Position numbers and translations under genes: made by a program. A DNA stretch of 64,000 nucleotides from an uncultured Planctomycetota bacterium (GTDB lineage: Bacteria; Planctomycetota; Planctomycetia; Isosphaerales; Isosphaeraceae). Below the pieces are notes generated by a model, which was not told the DNA's origin, did no database searches, and saw only the letters and a list, made by a program, of their open reading frames with translations. Location: the NCBI GenBank assembly GCA_963845755.1, contig CAWJTV010000015.1:213306-277305 (forward strand). Reading direction: 5' to 3'. Below, in pieces: positions 1-9,519 of this stretch. How positions within the stretch are numbered: position 1 is the stretch's first letter; each line of letters begins with the position of its first letter.

Positions 1-663
1 GCGAGCCCGGCCCGATCCTCGCGCGGTTTGCTGGCCTCGGCGCCTCGGGCGGCCAGCCGCGTTTCGAGGACGGCGGCGTCGGCGATCAGCCGCTCGGCGA
101 TATCGAGGCCCAGAAGCGATTTGACGGCCGTCCCCAGCACCTGGCTGCTGGTCTCATCCTCGGCGAGCGATCGGATCTTCTCCGCGTCGAAGAAGAAGAG
201 CTGGGAGACCTCCAGCGGGAAGAAATCCTCCACGAGCTGGCCCCAGTGCTCCGAATGCCAGCGATCGTGCAGACCGTCCAGCGAGACCTGGAGCTCCTCG
301 CGCACCTTCTTGCCCTGCACGCTCCAGAACCGGCTGACATCATAGACGTGCTCCTCCCCGCCGGCTGCATGGCGGAACGTCAGCGAGACGCCCGCCCCTT
401 CCGCGCCGCCGACCCCATGGTGGATCGACTGACGGAGGAACTCGTCATACCCCAGGTTGGCCCGCTTCGAACACCGCGCAGGGTGCCATAGAGCGCGACC
501 TGGATCGCGTCAAGCAGCGTGGTCTTCCCGGCGCCGTTGGTGCCGCCGAACAGGACGATCGGCCGCATGCCGGCGTTCCGGGGTGCGGGCGCGGAGTCAG
601 GTCAAAAGATTGTTCGCCGCGGTAGAGACCGAAGTTCCGCAACGTCACGCGTTCGAGGATCAT
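1..663 (-). CDS. dndD: DNA sulfur modification protein DndD (SMC-like ATPase), N-terminal part; runs off left edge; frameshifts near ~572 and ~480
   Basis: MILERVTLRNFGLYRGEQSFDL, Walker A region PIVLFGGTNGAGKTTLLDAIQVALYG, downstream SQLFFFDAEKIRSLAEDE; lies directly downstream of dndC. Confidence 0.88.
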
Positions 664-712
664 TATGGTCTCGCCGGTCGGTGGTAGGGCGTCCAGAACC
701 TTGTCTACTCGG

Positions 713-958
713 TGTTCCCAGGGTGCGCCTTCGGCGACCCTGGGCTTTGATGTGCAACGCCTTTGGCGTAGGGATCATCGCGGGTGCCCTCGTGTTCCCA
801 GGGTGCGCCTCGGCGACCCTGGGCTTTGATGTGCAACGCCTTTGGCGTAGGGATCTGGCGTTTCCTTTGATGTGCACCGCCTTCTGCGTAACGACCCGGC
901 GTTTCTTGACCCCAACGGGTCGGACAACAAAGCCCAGGGTCGCCGAAGGCGCATCCAG
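713..958. repeat. REP/BIME-like cluster between dndC and dndD
   Basis: Two near-identical ~63 bp direct copies of TGTTCCCAGGGTGCGCC(T)TCGGCGACCCTGGGCTTTGATGTGCAACGCCTTTGGCGTAGGGATC (~713, ~794), a partial copy at ~865 and an inverted copy at ~925-958. Confidence 0.8.
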
Positions 959-970
959 CGACGGTGCTCG

Positions 971-2484
971 CTAATCGCTACTCTTTTCAAAGAAAACCAT
1001 CTGCCCACTCTCCCCGACTTCATCCGGGTCTTTCAACCGCTTCAACCGCTGATCCCGTTCTGTGAGGACCGCGAACGCTTCTTTCTCATCCTCGAACACC
1101 GCCGCCTTGAGGCACTTCTCCAGCGCCTCGATGACGCCGACACGCCGGGTCATTCCCCGGAACTTCTGTTCGACCCCGAGGAGTGCGACCTGGAGGTCGA
1201 AGAGGACCTCGTCTCCCTCGCAGACGTCGCGGAGCAGCTCCCAATCGTCGGACCGGAGCGTATTGCCCTCCTCCCGCGGCCTGGGGAATTCCTCGCCGGT
1301 CACCTCCTGGTAGATCCTCGGCAGGCTGTCGTCGAACTCGTGCTTCTCGTGCAACCAGAGCCGGCGGATCTCGTCCAGTTCCTCCAGGCTGATGAGCTGG
1401 ATCTCGCGGAACTCCTTCGGTCCCTCCCGGCGTGCGCTCTGCTGGGCTTCGAGCACCCGACGGAGCCAGTATTCGCGCGCCTCCTTCTTGTACGGGCCGG
1501 GGATCGTCCCATCGTGCCAGAGCTGGACCTGGCCGTTCATCCGCCGGAAGTCGCGCTTGTCCTTGTCGGGCTCGCCGAGCTCGTTGCGCAGCTCGAGGAG
1601 CGGCGTCATCCAGACTTTTTCTTCGTCGTTCTTGATCATGGCCTCCATAGAGCGGTCCTTGTCGACGACCGTGCAGACCCAGCACCCGAACCGGCTGCTG
1701 CCGCAACTGGGGGTCGAGCTATCGACGACCAGCGGGCATTCGCCCCCCTCGGTGGCCCCTTGATACATCCCCAGCAGCGACTTGTTGTCGTGGCCCCACG
1801 GGTTCTTGACCTGCATGAGGAACAGCCAGACGTCGTCGTTGTTCCAGTCCTCGATCGGCGTATAGACGAGCGAATTCGGCAGGCTGGCGTTGGGGACGAG
1901 CCGGTCGCGGACCCGACGCTCGGCGTGCTTCTCGATGGTGATGGCCCGACGCTGGCTCTCGGCCTTGCGAGTGCCGAGGACGAGGATGGCCTCGCCATAC
2001 TCCTGCACGACCCCGCGGATGAACGCATTCGACGGCTTGATCTTGAGCCGCTCGGTGCACCATCGAAACTTCTGATTCGGGGCCGGGTAACCACGCCCGA
2101 TCAGGTTCACCCAGAACGAGTTGGCGATCTCGGGCGTGAGCTTGTGCGGGTGGATCGGTAGCTCCTGCTCGCGCGCCGCGGCGCGCATGCGGTCGAGCGA
2201 GGTCTCGACCCACTTCGCGACGACCGGTTGTTCGACCATCGTATCGGTCGAGATCACGTGAATCGCCTTCGTCCGCTCGGCGGCCGGCAGCTTGCGGATG
2301 GCCAGCCAGACGAGCTGGAGGGTCGCGCTCGAATCTTTACCACCGCTATAACCCACCACCCAGGGAATCGCGTCGGCGAGATACAACTCGCGAATCTCGG
2401 CGCACACGGCCTCGACCGTCCTGGCCAGGCCCACGCGCGGAAGGCGGAAGGCGGTCCGGCAGGCTTATTAGACGACCTGGCCAT
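971..2484 (-). CDS. dndC: DNA phosphorothioation sulfurtransferase DndC (PAPS-reductase family)
   Basis: PWVVGYSGGKDSS PP-loop, GRGYPAP..FRWCTERLKI, ECPLVVDSSTPSCGSSRFGCWVCT Fe-S motif. Likely ATG at 2484 overlapping the dndB end with an indel near 2435; the ORF track starts at GTG 2434. Confidence 0.95.
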
Positions 2485-3568
2485 TGCGGTTCCTTCGGAA
2501 TTGGGTTTCCAATTCCTGTTCGTCATCGGTGAGCTTGAGACCGAGGTGCTTTTTGATGGCATTGCCGGTAAGACCGACATTGATCAACCGCTTCGAGAGC
2601 CTCCCTGTGGTCATCGCACGGCCCTCCCAGAGCGCCGCGTTGCTCCGTGACCAGTCGAGCGATTCCAGCCTGGCGAGTTTCCGCTTCCAATCCTTGGGAT
2701 GCTCGGCGCATAGCGCACTGCCGGCCCTGGCAATCGCGGCGAGAGCGAGAGTATGGGCGTGGATGTAATCCCGTCGGAGATCCGCGGCGCTGACCTTCCG
2801 CTCCTTGGCGAGTTGCCAGTCCGGCATTCGCTTCGCCACCTCATTCCAGAACTCGGCGGCGATTGCAGCCCTGGCTTCGATCGCGTCATCGGCGTGGTCG
2901 GCTAACAGGATGCGAGTCGCCTGATAGATCCCGCTCAGTGTGAACAGCTTGATCGATCGATTCGAAATCGTGCTTCTCTCCGTTTCCGTGAGATCCGTGA
3001 ACACCGACACGCGTTGCATGAGGATCTTGGCGACCTGGGCGTCTTCGTCGCGATGGTCGTAGACGATGCTGAGCGATGTTGTCGGCCGGATTGCGTAACG
3101 GTTGAGATCGGCGAACATCTGCTGGCAACGCTTCAGACCAACGTCCATGAAGAAGACGACCGCGATCGTCTCATCCCCCAATTCGGGATTGTCCCGCAGC
3201 GCCCCTTCGATACCCGCCCGGCGGTGTTGGCCGTCGTTGATGACGAACCGAGCCGACATGGGAATCCGGAGCTGGCCGACATTGTTTTCCGGTCCCCCGG
3301 GACCAAAGGGCTCAAACGTAATCTCTCCATCGATCGAGGCGGTCAAGGCGGAGAAGGTGTAGTCTCGGGGGTGCTGCACGATGTAGCGGGCAATCTCCGG
3401 CACACGGGTCTTGTTCAGGATCCGCTGAGCACGTAGCTCCGGCTTCAGCTCATCCTCGTCGAAGAGGAAGATCCGTGGGATGAGCCTCAACGGGCACATC
3501 GAGACGTAATAGGCCCGCCCGGCTTGGATCCCGCGAATCGCTGGAAAGATGTATTCGAAGGTCGCCAT
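2468..3568 (-). CDS. dndB: DNA sulfur modification protein DndB (DGQHR domain regulator)
   Basis: FPAIRGIQAGRAYY, RAQRILNKTRVPEIARYI, INDGQHRR, QQMFADLNRYAIRP, SIKLFTLS; first gene of dndBCD. Confidence 0.95.
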   Translation of the reverse strand: MATFEYIFPAIRGIQAGRAYYVSMCPLRLIPRIFLFDEDELKPELRAQRILNKTRVPEIARYIVQHPRDYTFSALTASIDGEITFEPFGPGGPENNVGQLRIPMSARFVINDGQHRRAGIEGALRDNPELGDETIAVVFFMDVGLKRCQQMFADLNRYAIRPTTSLSIVYDHRDEDAQVAKILMQRVSVFTDLTETERSTISNRSIKLFTLSGIYQATRILLADHADDAIEARAAIAAEFWNEVAKRMPDWQLAKERKVSAADLRRDYIHAHTLALAAIARAGSALCAEHPKDWKRKLARLESLDWSRSNAALWEGRAMTTGRLSKRLINVGLTGNAIKKHLGLKLTDDEQELETQFRRNRNGQVV

Positions 3569-3587
3569 AGGATTGTGGACGGCCAGA

Positions 3588-3648
3588 GTTGGAAGTCAAT
3601 TAATAGACTTCCAACACACTACACTTGACTTCCAATTGCGTCAATTGG
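3588..3648. promoter_or_regulatory. Candidate operator upstream of dndB
   Basis: Inverted repeat GTTGGAAGTC-N8-GACTTCCAAC (3588-3615), third half-site GACTTCCAA (3627-3635), then GTCAATTGG; same architecture recurs upstream of dndA. Confidence 0.7.
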
Positions 3649-3948
3649 GCAGCTTGGAGGCCCTGTCGCCAAGCCGCGGTCTCGCGGGGTGGTGACGGTC
3701 GCTGGGCCAAGCCGAGTGCATCTGTCCCGAATTGTCGGGTTGAACTTAAATCGTTTGCTATTGACGGGTTGTGAAACGAGAGATATAACAGGTCCCGGGA
3801 TTGACGCTCGAAACCAAAGATCGGAGAGAGGGCTCGATTCGGACTCGGCGATCCACCGCGCTGGAAGTCAAACGAGGTCTCCACTCGGAGCATCCATTCG
3901 AGCGCTTAACTTTTGCATGGCGCACGCCCTATGGCCCCGCGAGTTCAC

Positions 3949-4038
3949 CCCCCGGAACCCCCCCTTCGCAAGGGGGGGACAAGAAACGGGCTTTTTCCGA
4001 TCAATATCCCCCCCTTGCGAAGGGGGGGTTCCGGGGGG
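3949..4038. repeat. REP-like palindromic element
   Basis: CCCCCGGAACCCCCCCTTCGCAAGGGGGGG ... CCCCCCTTGCGAAGGGGGGGTTCCGGGGGG long inverted repeat with internal hairpins. Confidence 0.7.
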
Positions 4039-4131
4039 TTTTTCGGGAACAGGCTTCGAGCGTGTGCAACCCAACTGTGAGGCGCTCTGGAAGAACCTGG
4101 TCAAGATCAATCAGGCCGGGGGAAGTGACCC

Positions 4132-4748
4132 ATGTCCACGATCACACCGACTCCACCGATGACGAATTCGTACTGGATCCCCGCGCCCTGCATCGTTTGA
4201 CGCTCGACGAATACGAAGCGATGGTCAAGTCTGGTATCCTGACGGCTCGGGATCGGGTGCATCTCATCAACGGATGTCTGGTGGAGAAGATATCACATAG
4301 TCCAGCCCATGCGTGCGTCAACGAAATCTGTGGCGATACCCTTCGCGCTCTCTTGCCCCCAGGCTGGTCATTGCGAGGCGCGAAGCCCGTGCGAATCCCG
4401 AGACCCAGACCGGAAGCGGATAGCGAGCCGGAACCGGACCGGTGCATCGTCAGGGGCACCACCCGGGATTATGAGGATCAGCATCCGGAGCCCGAGGACG
4501 TCGCGCTCGTCGTCGAGGTATCCAGGTCCAGCCTGGCGGAAGATCGCAAAATGGCAGGCATATACGGCCGCGCAGGGATACCGGTCTACTGGCTGATCGA
4601 TGCCGTGAACCGCCAGATTGAGGTCTACTCCCAACCCGGCCCGGGTGGTTACACGGTGATGGACGTGCTCGCGCCGGGGCATGTCCTGACCCTCGTTATC
4701 GACGGCGCCGAGGTGGGCCAAATCCCCGTGGAGGACATCCTGCCCTGA
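4132..4748 (+). CDS. Uma2/DUF820 family PD-(D/E)XK putative endonuclease (copy 1; indel near 4188)
   Basis: MSTITPTPP.., LHRLTLDEYEAMVKSGIL..RVHLINGCLVEK, SEPEPD, LVVEVSRSSL..DRK, YGRAGIPVYWLID. Confidence 0.88.
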
Positions 4749-4815
4749 TCACTTCCGGGGGGCGGTCCGGAGAGCCTTCGATGTCCCAGGTCTTGAAGTT
4801 GCTGGAGACCAACTT

Positions 4816-5025
4816 ATGATCGACCTACCGACCATTGACGAGCTGCGTGAGACCCGTCGTCGCCTGGCAGAACAATCGGGGCTGGACGTCCAGCGCTACG
4901 CGGCCTTGCTACAGCAGTCCGTGCCGAGGTCAGCCGGCCCCTACGTGTCCACGCCGCTTCTGCCCCAACCGATGTCCCCGTTCCGTCAGTCGTCTGACCT
5001 CGAACCCGAGCACGCCGGGGCCTGA
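4816..5025 (+). CDS. Small hypothetical protein resembling short helical antitoxin-like proteins that accompany PIN toxins
   Basis: 69 aa MIDLPTIDELRETRRRLAEQSGLDVQRYAALLQQ with a GGAG RBS upstream; similarity judged by eye only. Confidence 0.45.
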   Translation: MIDLPTIDELRETRRRLAEQSGLDVQRYAALLQQSVPRSAGPYVSTPLLPQPMSPFRQSSDLEPEHAGA

Positions 5026-5130
5026 TTATTTGGCCCGGGTCGTTGTGACTGCGTACCGTGTCCGCGAGAAGGGAGGCGGGACGTGACGGAGAACCTAGTC
5101 AAGACCAAGAAGGCAGGGGGAAATTGACCC

Positions 5131-5841
5131 ATGTCCACGATCACACCGACTCCGTCGATGCCGCTGCCGGAGGAACCGACGTCCGCCGCGCCATTCATCC
5201 CGGTTTCCGGCGACAAGAGGACGCTCATTCCGGGCGTTCCCTGGGAGACCTACCGCACCCTGTCCGAATCAATCGGCGAGGGCGAACATGTCCGACTGGC
5301 CTATGACGGGAAGGACCTGGAGATCACGACCGTCGGCAATATCCACGAGATGGTTAAAGGGTTGACCGGCGACGTCGTTCATGAGGTGGCGGCGGCCCTG
5401 GACGTCGATTATGTGGCGTGCGGCGAAACGATATGGGACGCTCCGCCCCGGGGACTCCAGGCCGATCTGTCGTACCACTTCGACGCCGGGAAGATCCGGA
5501 TCGCCAGGGAAGCGGCGGCCCGCGGCTCGAAGGAACCGAGCGACGATCCCCATCCCGATATGGCGGTCGAGATCGACATGTCGCCTCCTCAGAACGACCG
5601 GCCTGCAATCTACCGGGACCTCCGCGTTACCGAGGTCTGGCGACTGGTCAGGCTCGAGAAGCTCATGATCGAGCAACTCCAGCCGGATGGTTCCTACGCC
5701 GCGGTAGCGGAGAGCCGGTTCCTGCGGATTCCACCCGAGGATCTTCTCCGCTGGGTGAAAGAGGGGCTCGCCGAAAGCCGACCCGCCTGGACCCGTCGCT
5801 TAAGACAGTGGGCCGCGGCGTTGGGCCAACATGCCCCCTGA
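5131..5841 (+). CDS. Uma2/DUF820 family putative endonuclease (copy 2, different subfamily)
   Basis: IPGVPWETYRTL, RLAYDGKDLEI, HE, GLQADLSYHF, PDMAVEIDMS, IYRDLRVTEVWR. Confidence 0.85.
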   Translation: MSTITPTPSMPLPEEPTSAAPFIPVSGDKRTLIPGVPWETYRTLSESIGEGEHVRLAYDGKDLEITTVGNIHEMVKGLTGDVVHEVAAALDVDYVACGETIWDAPPRGLQADLSYHFDAGKIRIAREAAARGSKEPSDDPHPDMAVEIDMSPPQNDRPAIYRDLRVTEVWRLVRLEKLMIEQLQPDGSYAAVAESRFLRIPPEDLLRWVKEGLAESRPAWTRRLRQWAAALGQHAP

Positions 5842-5927
5842 TCGCCTCCCGGGAGGCGGTCCAAGAAGAGAAACGGCACGTGACGGAGAACCTGGTCAAG
5901 ACCAAGAAGGCAGGGGGGAAGTGACCC

Positions 5928-6567
5928 ATGTCCACGATCACACCGACTCTAACGATGCCGCAGCCGGCGGATCCGGACTGGGTACCCGAGCCGCTGGGTC
6001 GCTTGACGTTGGACCAATACGAGGCGATGGTCGAATCCGGCATCCTGACGGCCCGCGACCGGATGATGCTCATCAACGGGTGTTTGGTGGAGAAGATGAC
6101 ACACAGCCCTCCCCATGCGGTCGCCGATGAGCTGCTGCGGCGACGCGCTCCGACCCCTCTTGCCGGCGGGCTGGTCGTTGCGGACAGCCAAGCCCATCCG
6201 GATCCGTAGGCCGGCCCCGGAACGGGACAGCGAACCGGAACCGGACCGGTGCATCGTCAGGGGCACCACGCGGGATTACGAGGATCAGCATCCGGAGCCC
6301 AAAGACGTCGCAGTCACCGTCGAGGTATCCAGGTCCAGCCTGGTGCTCGATCGCAAGATGGCTGGCATCTCTGGACGGGCCGGCATCCCCACCTACTGGC
6401 TCATCGACGCGGTCAACCGCCAGGTCGAGGTCTATTCCCAGCCTGGGCCGTCCGGTTACGGGGCCATGGAAGTGCTCGCGCCGGGACATGTCCTGACCGT
6501 CATCATCGACGGTGTTGCGGTGGGCGAAATCCCCGTCGCAGACATCATGCCACGCGAACGGCCCTGA
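5928..6567 (+). CDS. Uma2/DUF820 family putative endonuclease (copy 3, close paralog of copy 1; indel near 6135)
   Basis: RLTLDQYEAMVESGIL, SEPEPDRCIVRGTTRDYEDQHPEP, VEVSRSSL, AGIPTYWLID; nucleotide similarity to 4132-4748. Confidence 0.88.
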
Positions 6568-6665
6568 CTCCTTCCGGCGGTCCCGCTTTGGCCATGGCAA
6601 GCACGCCGACGTCGAAATCTTGGCGATCGCATCTTGAGCCAACCCGGTGTGATAGGCTATGGTGA

Positions 6666-6723
6666 TTGGAAGTCGAACAATGACTTCCAAAGTCAACACG
6701 GAAACTTCCAACTCGTCAATTGG
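6666..6723. promoter_or_regulatory. Candidate operator upstream of dndA
   Basis: TTGGAAGTC-N7-GACTTCCAA (6666-6690), AACTTCCAA (6703-6711), GTCAATTGG (6715-6723). Confidence 0.7.
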
Positions 6724-6763
6724 CGGATCGGAGATTCCGCAACATCTCCCGGAGGCTCGCTCC

Positions 6764-7907
6764 GTGAGACCGATTTACCTCGACTACAACGCGACAACCC
6801 CGCTCGACCCGCGAGTCTTCGAGGCCATGCGGCCCTACTATCTGGCGGAGTTCGGCAATGCCGGGAGCCGGACCCACCTCTACGGCAACCAGGCCAGGGA
6901 CGCGGTGGAACTTGCCCGAGCCGCGATTGCCGCACTCCTCGGCCGAAGGCCGGAAGAGGTCGTGTTTACGAGTGGCGCGACCGAGAGCAATAACCTCGTC
7001 TTGCTCGGCCTGATGGCCCATGGTCTGGGTTCCGGTCGAACCCACGTACTGGCTTCCAGCATCGAGCACAAGTCCGTCCTGGCGCCCCTGGAAAAGCTCC
7101 GGTCGGCCGGTTTCGAGGTCGAGTTGTTGCCGGTGACGGACGGAGGCTATGTCGATTCGGAAGAGGTCCGTCGTCGGTTGCGCGAATACGCTCCTTGTCT
7201 CGCTTATGCACGCCAACAATGAGACGGGCGTTCTCCAGCCCGTGCGCGAGGTCGCCGGTCTCATGGCTGACTCCCGTACGCTCTTTCACGTCGACGCCGC
7301 GCAGACGTTCGGCAAGCAGGTGGACGAATTACGCCAGCTCGACTGCGATTTCCTCGCGATCAGCGGCCACAAAATCTATGGACCGGCCGGCATCGGGGCG
7401 CTTTGCATCCGACGTTCCCGACTCCACCGGACGGCGCTCGAACCGATTATGAGAGGCGGCGGTCAGGAAAGAGGACTCCGGCCCGGCACGCTCCCCGTTC
7501 CCTTGATTGTGGGACTCGGCGCCGCGGCCGAACTGGCGGGGCGGGAGCACGGGGCACGAACCGCCCACGCCGCGGGATTGAAGCGGGAGCTTCTGATCGC
7601 CCTGGATGCCGTCCCCCATCGAATCAATGGGGATCTTGCCAGGATGCAACCTCATGTCCTCAACGTCAGCTTTCCGGGCGTGCAAAGCGAGGCGCTCATG
7701 CTGGCCTTGCGGTACGAGATGGCAATCTCCAACGGCTCCGCCTGTACGTCGTCCAGCTATTCGACGAGCCATGTCTTGCGAGCCATGGGCCTGTCGGAGA
7801 GCCGGATCGAAACGGCGGTCCGGTTTTCCTGGGGGCCGGGCGTGGACTCGATCCCAGTCATGGCCCTGATCGAAGCGGTCAGGAAGCTGACGTGCTCGAG
7901 CTCTTAA
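6764..7907 (+). CDS. dndA: Cysteine desulfurase DndA (IscS family); indel near 7188
   Basis: GGAGG RBS then GTG-RPIYLDYNATTP, FTSGATESNN, EHKSVL, HANNETG, HVDAAQ, SGHKIYGP (PLP Lys), SNGSACTS (catalytic Cys); inside the dnd cluster. Confidence 0.9.
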
Positions 7908-8015
7908 CGTTTGAGTCGCGCACGAGCAGCACCAAGCCGACGCGCATCCTGAAGTGATACGAGAGGGGGAGGGTGACGGAGTGTGATTGGCCCCGAAGTC
8001 GCAGATGTCCTCCGA

Positions 8016-8204
8016 CGGCCTGAAGGGCCGCAGGAACCCAGCCCGGGGAGAATCCCGGGAATGGGTCGCACCGCAAGTCCTCCGTGCACCCGGAAGGGGT
8101 GCCGGAGCCGGTTCCTGCGGCCTTTCAGGCCGCCGGAGGTCTGGGGTATGCCGCGGACCCCGGGTTTTCACCCGGGGCTGGGCTTCTGCGGCCCTTCAGG
8201 CCGC
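8016..8204. repeat. REP-like inverted-repeat cluster
   Basis: CGGCCTGAAGGGCCGCAG(G)AACCCAGCCC at ~8016 with inverted copies CTGCGGCCTTTCAGGCCG (~8115) and GGGCTGGGCTTCTGCGGCCCTTCAGGCCG (~8175); CCCGGG-N4/5-CCCGGG hairpins. Confidence 0.75.
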
Positions 8205-8328
8205 CGGTGATAGGCTATCCTTAGTGATTGCAACCCATCCGTTAAGTGCTCTAGACTTTGCTCGACCGCCTTGGGGATGACGGGCAATTGCTGGGACGCG
8301 ATCGGAACGAATCTCGGAAACATTGACC

Positions 8329-9435
8329 ATGGCCGGCTTCGAGCTTCACCTACCGGCGATCCGCGGCAAGCAAGCGGGACGCGAGTTCTTCCTCATCATG
8401 TGTCCCCTCGCGGTCCTCCCGCGCCTTTTTCGCTCGGAAGATGAGGATGTCCAGCCCGAACTCCAGGCCCAGCGGGTCCTGATCCGGAGCCGGGTCCCGG
8501 AGATCGCCCGCTACATCACGGATAATCCCGACTCTTACGTCCTGTCCTCGATCGTCGGCTCGGTCGACCGCGAGGTTCGCTTTGAGCCGGTCCCTGGCCA
8601 GGCCGGGGCGTCAGGGATGGGCACCCTGACGCTGCCGATCGCCGCCCGTTTCCTGATCCACGACGGCCTCCACCGCCGCGCCGCCATCGAAGCCGCCCTT
8701 CGTCTCAAGCCCGAACTCGGTGAAGAGACCGTCTCGCTCGTCCTGTATGTCGACCCGGGCTTCCAGCGATCGGAGCAAATCTTCTCGGACCTGAAACGCC
8801 ACGAATCGCGCTCGTCGCGCTCGCAGGGAATCCTCTGCGATAACCGCGACGAAATGGCCCTCATCACCAAGGAGCTGATCAAGAGGGTGGATGTCTTCGA
8901 AGGCATGACCGAGATGGTCCGGAGCAAGATCTCGAACCGCTCGCTCAAACTGTTCACGCTGAGCGGGATTTACCACGCGACGGAGACGCTCCTCTCCCAG
9001 AAGCCGAAGGCCCCGTTCGCCGAGAAGCTTGCCCTGGCGACGCAGTTCTGGACCGAGGTGGCGAACCAGATCCCGGACTGGAGCCGCGCCAAGCGTCGAG
9101 AGATCAGTCCGGCCGACTTGCGGGCATGGTGTGTCCACTCACACGCGATCGCGTTGGCGGCCTTGGCACGGGCGGGGCGATCTCTGCTGGAGATCGACCG
9201 AGACAAATGGCGAAAGCGTCTGGCACCGCTCCGGAAACTCAACTGGCTCCGGTCGAACCGGCAGCTCTGGGAGGGTCGAGCCATGATCGCAGGCCGCCTG
9301 TCCAAGTCGAATATGAATGTGTTGCTCACGGGCAACGTCATCAAACGGCAGTTGAGGCTGCCGCTGACGCGTGAAGAGCAGGGGGCCGAAGAACGTCTGA
9401 CGACACCGACGTTGGATAAGAGCCCGAAGCGCTAG
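8329..9435 (+). CDS. dndB: Second DndB paralog with degenerate motif (DGLHR)
   Basis: Colinear with the first DndB over its full length (LPAIRGKQAGREFF, SRVPEIARYI, IHDGLHRRAAIE, SLKLFTLSGIY, WEGRAM..GRLSK). Confidence 0.88.
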   Translation: MAGFELHLPAIRGKQAGREFFLIMCPLAVLPRLFRSEDEDVQPELQAQRVLIRSRVPEIARYITDNPDSYVLSSIVGSVDREVRFEPVPGQAGASGMGTLTLPIAARFLIHDGLHRRAAIEAALRLKPELGEETVSLVLYVDPGFQRSEQIFSDLKRHESRSSRSQGILCDNRDEMALITKELIKRVDVFEGMTEMVRSKISNRSLKLFTLSGIYHATETLLSQKPKAPFAEKLALATQFWTEVANQIPDWSRAKRREISPADLRAWCVHSHAIALAALARAGRSLLEIDRDKWRKRLAPLRKLNWLRSNRQLWEGRAMIAGRLSKSNMNVLLTGNVIKRQLRLPLTREEQGAEERLTTPTLDKSPKR

Positions 9436-9519
9436 CGAGTGAATTCCGCCGGAGTCCATCCATTCACTCGCTAGCGGGTCGGGCTCGTATGAGCCGTCGC
9501 CAACCCAACGTTCGACGCT

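Noticed and set aside
872..2161. Long antisense ORFs (e.g. 872-2161, 32291-33490, 58274-59467, distal part of 46746-49001)
   Set aside because: Shadow ORFs opposite well-supported genes in high-GC DNA, with no recognisable motifs
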